The notes: generated by a model from the sequence alone, not told the origin. 64,000 bases of DNA from an uncultured Methanomicrobiaceae archaeon (GCA_963826525.1 CAWGXH010000003.1:192001-256000), one strand, 5' to 3'; shown: positions 23,163 to 34,062, numbered from the stretch's first letter. Numbers and translations: made by a program.

Positions 23163-24257
23163 TTACTCCCCTCTTATCTTCCGGAGATCCCTTGCAGATT
23201 TTGCGATTCCTTTCCAGCGCTTCTTCTCAAGCCGGGCAAGCCCTATCTCCGCTTTATCCTGTTCGAATGCGAGCTCCCGCATGAGCCGGTGGAAGCTATC
23301 CAGCCGCGATGCCGGGAGGGTTCCGTCCCTCACGGCCGCCTGCACCGCACAGCCCGGCTCCTGTTCGTGCCGGCAGTCCGAGAACCTGCAGCCCTCTGCG
23401 AGTTCAAGGATGTCGGGGAATGTATCGGCAACGCCGGCAGATGCCGTACCAATGCCGACCTCCCGCAGACCGGGGTTGTCTATCATGAGTGCCCCGCCTT
23501 TCAGGACGAAGAGCTGGCGGACGGTCGTGGTGTGCCGCCCTTTGCCGTCGTAGTCCCGGATATCCGAGGTGTCCTGCACCGGACGGCCCATGAGCCGGTT
23601 GATCAGGGTAGATTTGCCGACACCCGACGAGCCGATGAGGGCGATCGTTGTTCCCGGCGACAGGTACGGATCGAGCCGGTCGACTCCCTCTCCGCTCACG
23701 GCACTGATCGGAATAACCGGTATGCCGGGAGAGACCGAAACGATCTCGTCAGCGAGCGTTGCGGGGTCGTCTGCCAGATCGGATTTATTGATGACGACAA
23801 CGGGGCGGGCACCGGATGCGTGGGCGATTGCCAGGTAACGCTCGATCCGGCGGGCGTTGAGGTCGTGGCCGGCGGCCGTGACGATAAAAACGGTATCGAT
23901 ATTCGCCGCGATGACCTGGTCGGCGCTATCACGTCCCGGTGTTCCCCGCACAAAGCGGGTCTTCTGCGGGAGGATATCAACGATCGTCGAGGTGCCTGCC
24001 TCCGGCTGATTGAGTAGTACGACAAAATCCCCCACCGCGGGAAAGCGGCCGAGTTTTCGCAGGGCTCCGGAGATCCCGGCCATGACGGACCCGCCATCGA
24101 TGAACACGTCCCATACGGTTTTCTGCCGGCAGGCCACGCGGCCCGGCACGTACGACCCGGTATACTTTGAGAATGCCGCACCGTGTTCTTCCGTCCAGCC
24201 GATCTCTTCAAGCGTATAGGGATGCTGTTTTCCGCATCGGGAAGTGGATTGGTTCAT
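23163..24257 (-). CDS. rsgA: Ribosome small subunit-dependent GTPase A
   Basis: PAVGDFV; AANID; NKSD; [12 protein letters not shown]; GRHTTT; DNPGLRE; Zn finger [14 protein letters not shown] (circularly permuted GTPase). Confidence 0.93.
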   Translation of the reverse strand: MNQSTSRCGKQHPYTLEEIGWTEEHGAAFSKYTGSYVPGRVACRQKTVWDVFIDGGSVMAGISGALRKLGRFPAVGDFVVLLNQPEAGTSTIVDILPQKTRFVRGTPGRDSADQVIAANIDTVFIVTAAGHDLNARRIERYLAIAHASGARPVVVINKSDLADDPATLADEIVSVSPGIPVIPISAVSGEGVDRLDPYLSPGTTIALIGSSGVGKSTLINRLMGRPVQDTSDIRDYDGKGRHTTTVRQLFVLKGGALMIDNPGLREVGIGTASAGVADTFPDILELAEGCRFSDCRHEQEPGCAVQAAVRDGTLPASRLDSFHRLMRELAFEQDKAEIGLARLEKKRWKGIAKSARDLRKIRGE

Positions 24258-24493
24258 AAAATGACCTGGACTCCGTAAAATGGGTGGCATGCGAAGCGCC
24301 AAGTGCTTTGTGGTCGTGGTTGTCGACCGCCGTCTTCTTTATGCGGCGGGCATCCCAAACTCCCGGGGAGAATCCTGTCATAGTTTGAGTCCTATTATTT
24401 CTGCGTATCGGCGATGTCGCTGCGGTCGCCCTGTCATCCTGGAGCCCGGAAGACCCTCGTTACGAGCGTGACGAAGAGAATCAGCGGGATGCA

Positions 24494-24705
24494 TTAGCGG
24501 ATGAGGAACCGGAAGGCCGGCCCCACCGAGGTCTGCAGGTGCCGCCAGATGACGAGTTCGAGCGTCATGAGCGGCAGGGCATCAGGAACGCTCCGCCGCT
24601 GACTCCCACGATATACGGAAACCGCCGGATGTTTCCGATCCCGACGGCGGAACCGATGCTGGCGAGGATAGATCCCGTCCATGAAGGCCATTGTTCGCGA
24701 ACCAT
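24494..24705 (-). pseudogene. N-terminal remnant of an NSS/SNF-family sodium-dependent transporter
   Basis: Manual translation [43 protein letters not shown], then [18 protein letters not shown] in another frame. Truncated after ~70 codons. Confidence 0.75.
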
Positions 24706-24797
24706 TGCATCCGATGCCTGTTGCCGGTCGGCATGGTCTCCATCGCCTTACGCATTCCCGTGGCCTGCCGCCCCGGGCAGGAAGGTTAAAATGGGGT

Positions 24798-26001
24798 TCA
24801 GGGGTTGCCGGACCCTTGCTCAGAGGCGCAGTACGCACCCTTGAAGAACCAGTTCCGGTAGACGATCGGCGTGATGATGGTGGTTAAAAGGCTCATCAGG
24901 ACGATAGCGACGAAGATCCCCTGGCTGATGAGCCCCTGGTCGAGCCCGATCAGCGCGACGATCATCGCCACCTCGCCCCGCGGTGCCATCCCGAACCCGA
25001 CGATGAGCGAGTCTTCCCGGCACATCCCCATCGCCCGGGCAGGGAGGCCGCATCCGATCACCTTGGTGATGATGGCGACCACGGTCAGCACCAGGAGGAA
25101 GAGGAGAATCTCGGGGGTGAGTGCCGTGAAGTCCGCAAGGATACCGAGTGAGACGAAGAAGATCGACGCGAAGATGATCTGAAGGTACTCGGCGCCTTCT
25201 TTGACGTCCATGCTGTTCCGAAGGCCGACTCCTTCAAAAGCGACTCCGGCGATGAACGCACCGACGATCCCGGAGAGCCCCATCAGGTCGGCGAACATCG
25301 CGTAGAGGAATGCTATCATCATGGCGAAGATGAAGACGAACTCAGGATACTTCTTCGCAAGGCCGGACGCGTCCATCCGCTCGATGAGCCGGCTCACGCC
25401 GAAGAGCCCGATGGCGCCCCCGATGATGATGAACCCGAACGCTTTGACAAGAACGATGCCGATCGAGACTGCCGAGATGCTCCCGCCTACGAGGTCTCCG
25501 GTGATGGAGAGCGCAACCAGGGAGAGGATATCGTCGATGATCGCAACGCCGATGATCGCCCTCGCGGCCTCGGTCTGGAGCATGCCGATCTCCTTGAGAA
25601 CGTTTGCCGTAATGGCGATACTGGTGGCGGTGAGCGCCGTCCCGACGAAGACCGCGCTTGCGATGTCGAACCCGAAGAGAAGGGTGGTGGCGTAGCCGCC
25701 GATCCACGGGACGATGACGCCGATGATCCCGATGACCCCGTAGCGTATTTTGAGGATATCCTTGACGTTGAACTCGAATCCGATAACGAAGAGGAGGATG
25801 ATCGCTCCCAGGTGAGCCAGGCTCTGGACAAACTCTGTGTAGGTGATCAGGCCGAGCATGCTCGGGCCGACGAGGAGTCCGACGAGAATGGCCCCGATGA
25901 CCGCCGACTGGTTGATCCTGGATGCCAGGAGGTAGCCGGCGAGTGCGAGGAAGAGGAGCAGACTCATCTGGAACTCGATAGAGGATGGCGATGCTCTCCA
26001 T
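24798..26001 (-). CDS. Cation:proton antiporter (CPA2 family)
   Basis: GLLVGPSMLG; ALTATSIAI; IIGVAIIDDIL; GMAPRGEVAMIVA. Confidence 0.9.
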
Positions 26002-26406
26002 GCAACCATATGGATGGGAGTTCTTAAAAAATATCCTCTTTTTTTACATTCCGAGGACTATTCGCCGTGCGGGGTTTACGCTGGCTGCCCTTTCGCCGGA
26101 TGGTTCGAAGGCCGGGTAGGGCCTGCCGGTGCGTGAAGAGAGTTCTCCGGTTCTGCCGCTCACAACTGCGGTTGCCGGGATGGGGTGAGAGCCGCCATTC
26201 TTGCCGGCTGCACCCGTCCGTGGATACGGGTGTGCACCGGAGAGCCGGGTCACTATGGGGCAGTGTTTCCCGGAGCTGTCGGCCTGCCGTAGTGCTTGAG
26301 AGAATGGGCGGCACCTCTTGCTTTTGCAGGTGCTATGGTATTGAAAGTGCCACGTCCCTGGTGCATGTCTCACCCGTGCTGTCTACCGGCAAAGGCTGGG
26401 GACGGG

Positions 26407-28134
26407 CTATTCGTCACCGTCTACCTTTCCGAGAAGTCTCCACGCCCGGGAGGGGATCTGCAGTTCAAACCGTGCTCCCCTGCCTGCCGTGCCGGTCTCG
26501 ACAATCCCGATCCCGGTAGCCGACAGAATGTCACGCGAGAAGGCCAGCCCAAGGCCGGTGTTTTTTCCATAGCCGTACCTGAAGATCTTCTCTTTCTCCT
26601 CAACCCCGATCCCGGCACCGTTATCCTCGAATGCCACGATGAGATCCCCGCCTCTCCCTTCCTCCGTTGCTATCCGTATCTCCGTAAGCCCCTCGCCGTG
26701 GTGGAGTGCATTCTCGAGCAGGTTGTAGATGACTTTGACCGAGAGTGGGTCGGTGTAGATCTCCACCGGCGCAATCCGGGTGGTGATCGAGACTCCGTCG
26801 AGAGGAAGGTCGCCGATCGCGCGGGTGATCATCGGTTCGAGTGGCTGCCAGATTGGTTGATGCAGCCCGATCTCCTGATACTCGCGGGAGAACCGGAGAT
26901 GCCGGGTGATCTTCTCGACAAGTTCGATCGATGAGGAGAGATACGCGCTGGCTGCCGGGCTGGTCCGGTCTTCCCGGAGAAGGGTCAGGTACCAGGAGAG
27001 GGCGGTGAGCAGGTTGCCGATATCATGGCGGGTCAGCTGGGTTAAGAGGGAGATCTTTTCCCCGGCTATCCGGAGAGCCGTTTCCGATGCCTTTCGGTCG
27101 GTGATGTCCCTGATGATCAGGACAATGCCGGCAGGCTCCCCATCCGGATCCCTGACGAGCGATCCTGCAATACTGACCACAGTCTCCTCCTTTCCCTCAA
27201 GGACTGCTTCACGATCGGAGAGTCTCCCCTGCTCCGTGACGGTCGCCCTGATCGACGCGTAGGCGATCCCGGAGATGAGCGTCCCAACGGACCTGCCGGG
27301 AAGGTCGCTTTCCGCCACCCCGAATATCTCCGCCGCGGATGCGTTCGCCGTGATGATCCTGCCGTCCATATCTGCAAGGACAAGGCCGTCAGGCATCGTC
27401 CGGATGATGTCCGGGACTGCTGTCTCCGGACTTAAGGTAAAGAGGCCGTACCTGTGAACGGCATACGCAATGAGCAGGGAGAAGATGACGATCCCGGGGA
27501 AGACGAGATTCGGGGTGTATATCCCGTAGGCCGGTAGGAATACCCCGGAGAGGGAGCCGAATCCGATGACGGTTGCAATGCCGATACTGACGAGCCTGTT
27601 CTGGCGCCGGATCTTCCCCGGCCGCGCCTTCTGCCAGGATGAGATACTGACGTACGCCGCAGCGATCATCACGAAGGTGATATAGGCCGCCTCTATCTGG
27701 TAGGCCGGGCTTGCGGATACCGGAAGGTAGACGTAGCCTATCCCGGGCTGGTAGCCGACCGTATAGATCTGGCCGGTGAAGATTTCGACCAGGGCAATGA
27801 GGATGGCAGGGAAATAGAGGGCTATGAGGAGAACACCGCGTCTCTTCTCCTTCGCGAGGGGGTGGCCGGTGAAGGCGAGGATGAAATGGACGGTGAGTAC
27901 GGCGACGAGCGGCCAGAAAGCGCTGGCTTTCAGCCAGAACCAGGTCTCGTCATACCCGGCCGCCTGCCAGATGAAGAACTCCCCGAGAGCCCAGTAGGTT
28001 GCGGCGAGCATTGTGGCGAGGAAGAGACGGTTGACCGCCGACGAAGGGTTTTTGGCAAAGACGTACACTCCGAGGCCGTAGGTGACGAGCGCCGATATGA
28101 GGCAGAAGAATACCAGGTACGTGAAGATGACCAT
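26407..28134 (-). CDS. Sensor histidine kinase with N-terminal 7TM domain and PAS
   Basis: Seven hydrophobic segments; PAS MPDGLVLADMDGRII; H-box TRHDIGNLL; NLLENALHH; DNGAG; GLGL. Confidence 0.9.
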   Translation of the reverse strand: MVIFTYLVFFCLISALVTYGLGVYVFAKNPSSAVNRLFLATMLAATYWALGEFFIWQAAGYDETWFWLKASAFWPLVAVLTVHFILAFTGHPLAKEKRRGVLLIALYFPAILIALVEIFTGQIYTVGYQPGIGYVYLPVSASPAYQIEAAYITFVMIAAAYVSISSWQKARPGKIRRQNRLVSIGIATVIGFGSLSGVFLPAYGIYTPNLVFPGIVIFSLLIAYAVHRYGLFTLSPETAVPDIIRTMPDGLVLADMDGRIITANASAAEIFGVAESDLPGRSVGTLISGIAYASIRATVTEQGRLSDREAVLEGKEETVVSIAGSLVRDPDGEPAGIVLIIRDITDRKASETALRIAGEKISLLTQLTRHDIGNLLTALSWYLTLLREDRTSPAASAYLSSSIELVEKITRHLRFSREYQEIGLHQPIWQPLEPMITRAIGDLPLDGVSITTRIAPVEIYTDPLSVKVIYNLLENALHHGEGLTEIRIATEEGRGGDLIVAFEDNGAGIGVEEKEKIFRYGYGKNTGLGLAFSRDILSATGIGIVETGTAGRGARFELQIPSRAWRLLGKVDGDE

Positions 28135-28534
28135 AGCAATCGCAAGCTCGCAGATCCAGGTGCCCGGGGGCTATCGGGACGGCCTGCCGGACGATTCTGT
28201 GTGGATATACTGGCTCTGTCGTCGGCCGAGAAAACGCTTTGCTTTTCTGTTTGTGATGCCGGTATCCGGTGCGGCGACTGACTGGAGGGCGTCCATTCTC
28301 CCGGAGCCGCACTCGCGGCAAACGTCTTCGAAAAGGGGAGCCATCCTGGCAGGAGATGCCGCAGAGTGCGAGGCGGTCTGAGATGCTGCTGTCTTCCGGC
28401 ATCATGGGATTGCTCTCTCTCCGGACGAAATGTGCGGCGCTACAGGCCAGCCGTGGGTGCCGGGATGCCGGAGAGGTCGCACCCGGAGGCTCTCGGATGC
28501 CTACGCCCGGATAGGGTGACTCCCCCCGTCGTCC

Positions 28535-28783
28535 AATGTGGTCAAATCGGCGTTATTTTCCGGTTTTACGCCTGCTTTATGAGGGCGGATCCGGCCGCTG
28601 CAGAAAACCTGTGCATATCGTGCCGATTGCGAAAAAGAGAAGGATCCTTGAGGTATATTGGCCGTATGAGGGTGGGTAATTTTTCGAGGATGGATTCCCT
28701 TACCGACGTTGCGATCGGCCGTCTGTGGGCTTCTGTGAGGGCGGTCTTTTCGGCGAGTCCGGCCGGGGGTGAGGGTATTTGAG
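28535..28783. repeat. ~250-bp non-coding dispersed repeat, copy 1
   Basis: Shares long blocks with 34063-34310, e.g. ATCCTTGAGGTATATTGGCCGTATGAG and GATCGGCCGTCTGTGGGCTTCTGTGAGGGCGGTCTTTTCGGCG. Confidence 0.9.
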
Positions 28784-29137
28784 CCGGTGTCGGGTTCCGA
28801 TACATCTTCATGTTATCATCCGCTATGATCGCGCCCGCAGGGGCGAGGAGGGGCACAAGCGCCTCATTCCCGGAGCGGAAATGATTCCGGTCGATGCACG
28901 GACAAGCACCCGGATTGCATTATGAGAGTAGGCGTTCGTCCTGGTCAGGATACATGGCCGTGACGGAAGGAGGTCTCCCCGTTCGGTCGCTGCAGGTGCG
29001 AGAGCAGGTGTAACTGACCCGGACTATCGTCCGCCATGGCGGCAAGTGCGGGCTTGAGATCCCGGTGATGTTCGTGTTGGACTCTGTCACATGGCCTTAA
29101 ATCATGTGGCGGAACATCGATTCGGGACTGCTGATGC

Positions 29138-29749
29138 TTATGATCTCTCGTTCGTTTGGGGGGAGATCAGCAGTTGCATTGCCTCCCGCCAGATCCGGCG
29201 CATCTCTTCTTCTCCCATCGACGTCATCTTATAGTTCAGCATGCCGGAATAGAGAGCAACCATGATCAGTGCCAATGTCCGTGAGTCCGTCCGGGCTCTG
29301 ATCCGCCCTTTTTTCTGCTCCCTCTTGATTGCGCTCTCCGTTGCGGATACCAGTGCATCGATATAGTCTACTGCTGCCCCACGGACAGCGGAATTTCGTA
29401 GGGCAAGAGCAAACATCTCGTAAAAGAGGGCACGCCGCTCTTCATCGCCAAGATCGAACTGCTCGAAGATAGGGGAGAATAACGCCGTATACAATTCTTC
29501 CAGCGTCGCATGCTGGGAAGATTCATCGGTTACCTTCTGCATCTCCCTCTGGATGGTAGCCATTACCTCCTGGAGCAGTGCTTCTCTGCTCGGGAAGTAC
29601 CAGTATACTGCTCCTTTGCTGACGTTCAGTTTCTGTGCGATCGCATGGATGGTCGCCTGTGCGTACCCCTTTTCAGCTATCACCTCTATCGCGGCCTGGA
29701 TGATCTTCTTTTTCGCGTCGTCCTTATATTCGGGTATGACTTTCGGCAT
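29138..29749 (-). CDS. TetR/AcrR-family transcriptional regulator
   Basis: KIIQAAIEVIAEKGYAQATIHAIAQKLNVSKGAVYWYFPSRE HTH. Confidence 0.93.
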   Translation of the reverse strand: MPKVIPEYKDDAKKKIIQAAIEVIAEKGYAQATIHAIAQKLNVSKGAVYWYFPSREALLQEVMATIQREMQKVTDESSQHATLEELYTALFSPIFEQFDLGDEERRALFYEMFALALRNSAVRGAAVDYIDALVSATESAIKREQKKGRIRARTDSRTLALIMVALYSGMLNYKMTSMGEEEMRRIWREAMQLLISPQTNERS

Positions 29750-29806
29750 GAACTGTCAGTACTTCAATTCCTGACTGCATTATTTTTGTTATCCGGGTAT
29801 TGTTCC

Positions 29807-29826
29807 ATACCGTTTGGTATTTATAC
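29807..29826. promoter_or_regulatory. Putative TetR operator ATACC-GTTT-GGTAT abutting a TATA box
   Basis: Perfect 5-bp inverted repeat at 29807-29820 followed by TTATA, between the divergent TetR and methyltransferase genes. Confidence 0.55.
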
Positions 29827-29869
29827 ATTCTAATGCGTATGTTTATTTGCGAATCAGGATGGTGATTTT

Positions 29870-30763
29870 ATGACCCCTACGACGAAGGAGAGAAAAGGTC
29901 CCAGCAAAATGGCAGAGGGGATCGCGATGCACCGGTTCAAAGAATCGCAAAAACCCGAAGGCGAACGTCTCTGTTATGACCCGTATGCAATCCGCTTCAT
30001 CACCCCTGCGATCCTGGAGTTCGCAGCGCGTCATCCGGAAGAGGCAACTGCGATGGTGGAGAAGATGGAGCGCACGTTTCCGGGTTTGAGCAGTTCGATT
30101 CTTGCAAGAGTCCGGTATTTTGATGATTTCGTGATGCAATCCCTCGCGGGAGGGCTCGAACAGCTGGTCATCCTCGGTGCAGGCTACGATACCCGGGCGT
30201 ATCGCATCGAAGGAGTGCGCGAGCAGGTCAGTGTGTTTGAAGTCGACCACCCCGAGACCCAATCGGTAAAGAAGGAGAAAGTTCGGGAGCTCTTCGGCTC
30301 ACTTCCGGAGCATGTCGTATATGTCCCTCTCGATCTCGAGACCGGAGATCTCGGTCGGGAGCTGACCTGCAACGGCTACAATCCCGATAGAAAGACTCTC
30401 TTTATCCTGGAGGGACTGGTGATGTATATCCCTCCGCACGCGGTCGACGGGATCCTTGCCTTTATAAGGAATACCTCGGCTCCGGGCAGTGCCGTCATCT
30501 TCGATTACTATCCTTCGAGCGTCGTCGACGGAACCTGCGATCAGGAGATCGCACAGAATATCCGCACGTATGTTGCAGAGCTGGGAGAGCCTCTTTTGTT
30601 CGGCATTCCGGAGGGAACTGCGGAGGTATTTCTTTCGGAACGCGGTTTTTGCAACGTCGGAGATGTGACGAGCGAGGATTATAAAAGGCTCTATTTCAAT
30701 GGGAAGAACGAAAACCGGGAAGTATTTGGCGGATTATATTTCGCACACGGGATGGTGGAGTGA
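29870..30763 (+). CDS. Class I SAM-dependent methyltransferase (LCM/TIGR00027-like)
   Basis: QLVILGAGYDTRAYR; FEVDHP; FILEGLVMY. Confidence 0.9.
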   Translation: MTPTTKERKGPSKMAEGIAMHRFKESQKPEGERLCYDPYAIRFITPAILEFAARHPEEATAMVEKMERTFPGLSSSILARVRYFDDFVMQSLAGGLEQLVILGAGYDTRAYRIEGVREQVSVFEVDHPETQSVKKEKVRELFGSLPEHVVYVPLDLETGDLGRELTCNGYNPDRKTLFILEGLVMYIPPHAVDGILAFIRNTSAPGSAVIFDYYPSSVVDGTCDQEIAQNIRTYVAELGEPLLFGIPEGTAEVFLSERGFCNVGDVTSEDYKRLYFNGKNENREVFGGLYFAHGMVE

Positions 30764-31221
30764 TGGGGCAGAACCCTTTCGCGGCACATTTTTCTGACCG
30801 GTAAAGTGCCGGCACATCGGTTTCGTGTGCACACCCGTATGCCTCACTGATAACTTTTGAAGGAATGCAGGATCATAGTCCCTGTGATTGGGTCATCGCC
30901 CCTGAGCCGTCTCCGAACCTTTTCAAGGCGCCGAAGGCCATACTCCATGGCCTGCATCGCCGGCTAGGCCGGGGCATGCTCGCTGCTGGTGATTGAAATG
31001 GTGCCGATGTCGGCAGGTTTCCTACTCTGGGAGAAGCCTGCGTGACAGATAATCCGGGTGGTGGTAAACCGATGGTTTTCAGGCCCCGATACCAGAGCCT
31101 GTGTCAACGGGATATACGGTCGGTGGATCCCAACGGTCATTCACCTCCCTTCATCGTACTCTCACCGGATGCCCCGGCAGTCGAGTCCGCCTCCCCAGTG
31201 TAAGCCGGGTCTCTCCGTATC

Positions 31222-32412
31222 TCACGCCTTTTTCAGCGTGAACCGGAATGCCGCCCCTTCCTCCGGGTGCCCGGGCACCCGGTCGTCCACCCAGATCTTC
31301 CCGCCGTACCGCTCGACCAGGATCTGCACCAGGTAGAGCCCGAGTCCTTCGCCGACGCCCCGCTTCTTCTGTTCATAGCGGTGGAAGATCGCCTCTTTCT
31401 GGTCTTCCGGCACGCCGGGACCGGCATCCTCGACCGAAACCCGGACGAGCCCGTTCGCATCCTCCGTCCGGATGGTGATCGCGATGCCGGGACCGCCGAA
31501 CTTGATGGCGTTTCCGATCAGGTTCGAGAAGACCTCCGGGAGCAGGTCGTCGACCCGGACCCGATAGGGTGAACCCCTGTACCGGATGATCCCCTCGGGG
31601 AAGTGGCTGCTCTCCTCCCGGATGACTGCATCGAGGTCGGTAGGCCTCAGTTCCGCTGTTTCGGAATGAATTCTGCGGATCTTCGAGACCGTTCTCAGGA
31701 TCGCGATACTCTTCCGGACGCTCCGCTGGAGTTTCTTCGCGTATCCGACTTCCTCCTCCTCCTCCTTCCCCTGCAGGCTGTCGATGAGCAGGTCGGCGTA
31801 GAGGTTCGAGACGTTCTCGGTGTTGCCGATGTCGTGGGTAAGGACATCGAGGTACAGGTTCGCCTCCCGGTGGGCGGACGCAAGGTTCCTGTTCAGCCGG
31901 GCGAGGTCTTCGGCGTGGCGCTGGAGAGCCTCCTCGGCCCGCTTGCGCTCGGTGATCTCGCGGGCCACGGCAACGGCGTACTGCTCCTCGCCGAAGGTTA
32001 CGAACCTGATGGTGATCTCGACCGGCACCTCGGCTCCGCCTGATGTGAGGAGATCTGCGGTCACCATCTGCTGCCGCCGAGCTCGGTTCTTCCCGGACGA
32101 GAGGATCTCGATGACCCAAGGGCGGCTTGCCGGCGCGATCAGGCTGCAGAACGGTATCTGCATCAGATCGTCGCGCTCGTAGCCGAGTTGCACCCAGGCT
32201 GATTCGTTTGCATCGACAAGAAGGCCTGTCCGGGCATCGATGAGAAATATGGCATCGTTTGCCTGGTCCAGGAGTGCACGAAACCGTTCGAGCTCGGCGA
32301 GGCGTTCCTGCAGCTCGGGGTAGTAACTCTTGTGGATCGAGTGCTCCCCGAGTCCGATGATACGCCGACGGAGCGCATCCCAGTCAGGTTCCTGATCAGA
32401 GCGCTGCTGCAT
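31222..32412 (-). CDS. PAS histidine kinase with ErcS-like N-terminus
   Basis: IIGLGEHSIHKSYYPELQERLAELE leader; PAS; THDIGN; NLIGNAIKF; GLGL; overlaps the upstream Fe-ADH gene. Confidence 0.88.
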   Translation of the reverse strand: MQQRSDQEPDWDALRRRIIGLGEHSIHKSYYPELQERLAELERFRALLDQANDAIFLIDARTGLLVDANESAWVQLGYERDDLMQIPFCSLIAPASRPWVIEILSSGKNRARRQQMVTADLLTSGGAEVPVEITIRFVTFGEEQYAVAVAREITERKRAEEALQRHAEDLARLNRNLASAHREANLYLDVLTHDIGNTENVSNLYADLLIDSLQGKEEEEEVGYAKKLQRSVRKSIAILRTVSKIRRIHSETAELRPTDLDAVIREESSHFPEGIIRYRGSPYRVRVDDLLPEVFSNLIGNAIKFGGPGIAITIRTEDANGLVRVSVEDAGPGVPEDQKEAIFHRYEQKKRGVGEGLGLYLVQILVERYGGKIWVDDRVPGHPEEGAAFRFTLKKA

Positions 32413-33562
32413 AGATCTCCTCAATCTCTTTCAGTTCCAGTCTCCGCGGATTGGTTGCCATGCAGGGGTCGATGAGCGCACGTTTCGCAAGATCCGGGAG
32501 ATCGCCAGGTCTTACCCCGAGATCGGAGAGCGTCGCATCGATGCCGAGCGATCGGCGGAAATCGCCGATGGCACGGGTGAGAGCCTTCTGCCGTTCAGTC
32601 CCGGGCAACCTGTCCGGCTGCAGCCCCATTGTCCGGGCGATCTCGTCGAACCGGTCGGGCACCGCGGCGTAGTTGTAGCCGACCACGTGCTCCAGGAGAA
32701 TGGCGTTGCACCGTCCGTGTGGCAGGTCGAGAAGACCGCCGAGGCTGTGTGACATGGCGTGCCCGGCCCCGAGGCTCGCGTTCGAGAAAGCGAGTCCGGC
32801 GTGCAGGCTCCCGAGCATCGTCCGGTAGCGTGTCCGCAGGTCTTCGGGGGCACTGAGAGCGTCCGGAAGGGCGGATATCTGCAGCCGGATGGCCTGCATC
32901 GCGTGCAGGTCTGTTACCGACGAGCTCGCGTTCGAGACATATGCTTCAATCGCATGAGCGAGGGCGTCCACCCCGGTGTCGACGGTCAGTGTCGTATCCA
33001 TCGTGGTGAGCGGAAGCGGGTCGAGGAGGGAGATGTCCGGAACCAGCGTCTTGCTGATGATCGCAACCTTCCGCCGCTCCTCTTCATTCGTGATGATGGC
33101 GAACTGCGAGACGTCTGCAGAACTTCCGGCGGTCGTCGGAACGCAGATGAGCGGGGGACCGGGCAGAAGCACCCGGTCGACCCCCTCGAACGTCAGGATG
33201 TGGCGCCGGTTGGAGTTGACGATCCCGATTCCCTTCGCGCAGTCCATGGGACTGCCGCCGCCGACGGCAACAAGCCCCTGGCATTCCGCCGCACGGTAGA
33301 CCTCTGCGCCGGTCATCACCTCGCCTGCCCGTGGATTTGGGGAGACGCGGTCGAAGATCTCGTAGGAGAGGCCGGCCTCATCGAGGCTGCCGCAGACGCA
33401 GTCGGCCCACCCTGCCCTCGTCACTCCGGCATCGGTGACGAGCAGCACCTTTCTCAGGCCGAAATTGCGGGCGTACCGTCCGGCGAGCTCCAGTGCGCCG
33501 CGGCCGAATATGAACTCGGGAGCGAAGAATTTTTTCAGTTCGAGTTCGTCTCTCACGAGCAT
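32396..33562 (-). CDS. ercA: Iron-containing alcohol dehydrogenase-like protein (ErcA-like)
   Basis: LKKFFAPEFIFG; GGGSPMDCAKGIGIV; PTTAGSSADVSQFAII; DALAHAIEAY; HAMSHSLGG; HGRCNA. Confidence 0.8.
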   Translation of the reverse strand: MLVRDELELKKFFAPEFIFGRGALELAGRYARNFGLRKVLLVTDAGVTRAGWADCVCGSLDEAGLSYEIFDRVSPNPRAGEVMTGAEVYRAAECQGLVAVGGGSPMDCAKGIGIVNSNRRHILTFEGVDRVLLPGPPLICVPTTAGSSADVSQFAIITNEEERRKVAIISKTLVPDISLLDPLPLTTMDTTLTVDTGVDALAHAIEAYVSNASSSVTDLHAMQAIRLQISALPDALSAPEDLRTRYRTMLGSLHAGLAFSNASLGAGHAMSHSLGGLLDLPHGRCNAILLEHVVGYNYAAVPDRFDEIARTMGLQPDRLPGTERQKALTRAIGDFRRSLGIDATLSDLGVRPGDLPDLAKRALIDPCMATNPRRLELKEIEEIYAAAL

Positions 33563-33655
33563 GGACACAATCTCCACCCGCGAGGGATCGTGACGGTCCC
33601 CCAGCGATGGAATTCATCCCCGTTATCCACATATATACATTAGCCCCTCCCGAAT

Positions 33656-33856
33656 TTACCGCTCAGCTACGCTCTGAATCAGGTTCTTTCGGTTAGTCCT
33701 CGCGAAAATGTTCGCCCCTATCAGAGGTACGTTCAGAACGATGAATTTTGTGACAGAGAGCCTTGCATTGCGGTGCATCGCCCGAAGGGCGAACGCTTCC
33801 TTGGCTAATGTGAAGATATCCCCGATCAGGGATCCTACCGTGGATACTCCTCCCAT
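33656..33856 (-). mobile_element. Probable degenerate C-terminal fragment of a methanogen IS (DDE) transposase
   Basis: SLIGDIFTLAKEAFALRAMHRNARLSVTKFIVLNVPLIG...IQSVAER resembles the C-termini of Methanosarcinales/Methanomicrobiales IS transposases (recognised from memory, not searched). Confidence 0.45.
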
Positions 33857-34062
33857 CTCTCCGATGGCTGTGATGGGAGACGGTGGCGAGCGGATAATGC
33901 AAACTGCTCTGCAGATCCTATGGAAATCGCTTTTAAAACGGAAACGGAAGCCGGATTGCCGATTTTCACCTATCGAGCCTGCGGCCGGTGTGGCCTCATC
34001 GGTGGTTTTGGGCTCTCACTCCGGTTTCCCTCTGCCCTGTGGGGCGTCCCCCTCCGCCCAGA

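Noticed and set aside
25980-26400. Fluoride or other riboswitch upstream of the CPA2 antiporter
   Set aside because: The GGCGATG-like string is on the wrong strand and within the coding start; no consensus on the sense strand.
30780-31200. Possible minus-strand gene remnant starting at ATG 31140 with a GGAGGTGA RBS
   Set aside because: Interrupted by a stop, and no family was recognisable; too weak to call.
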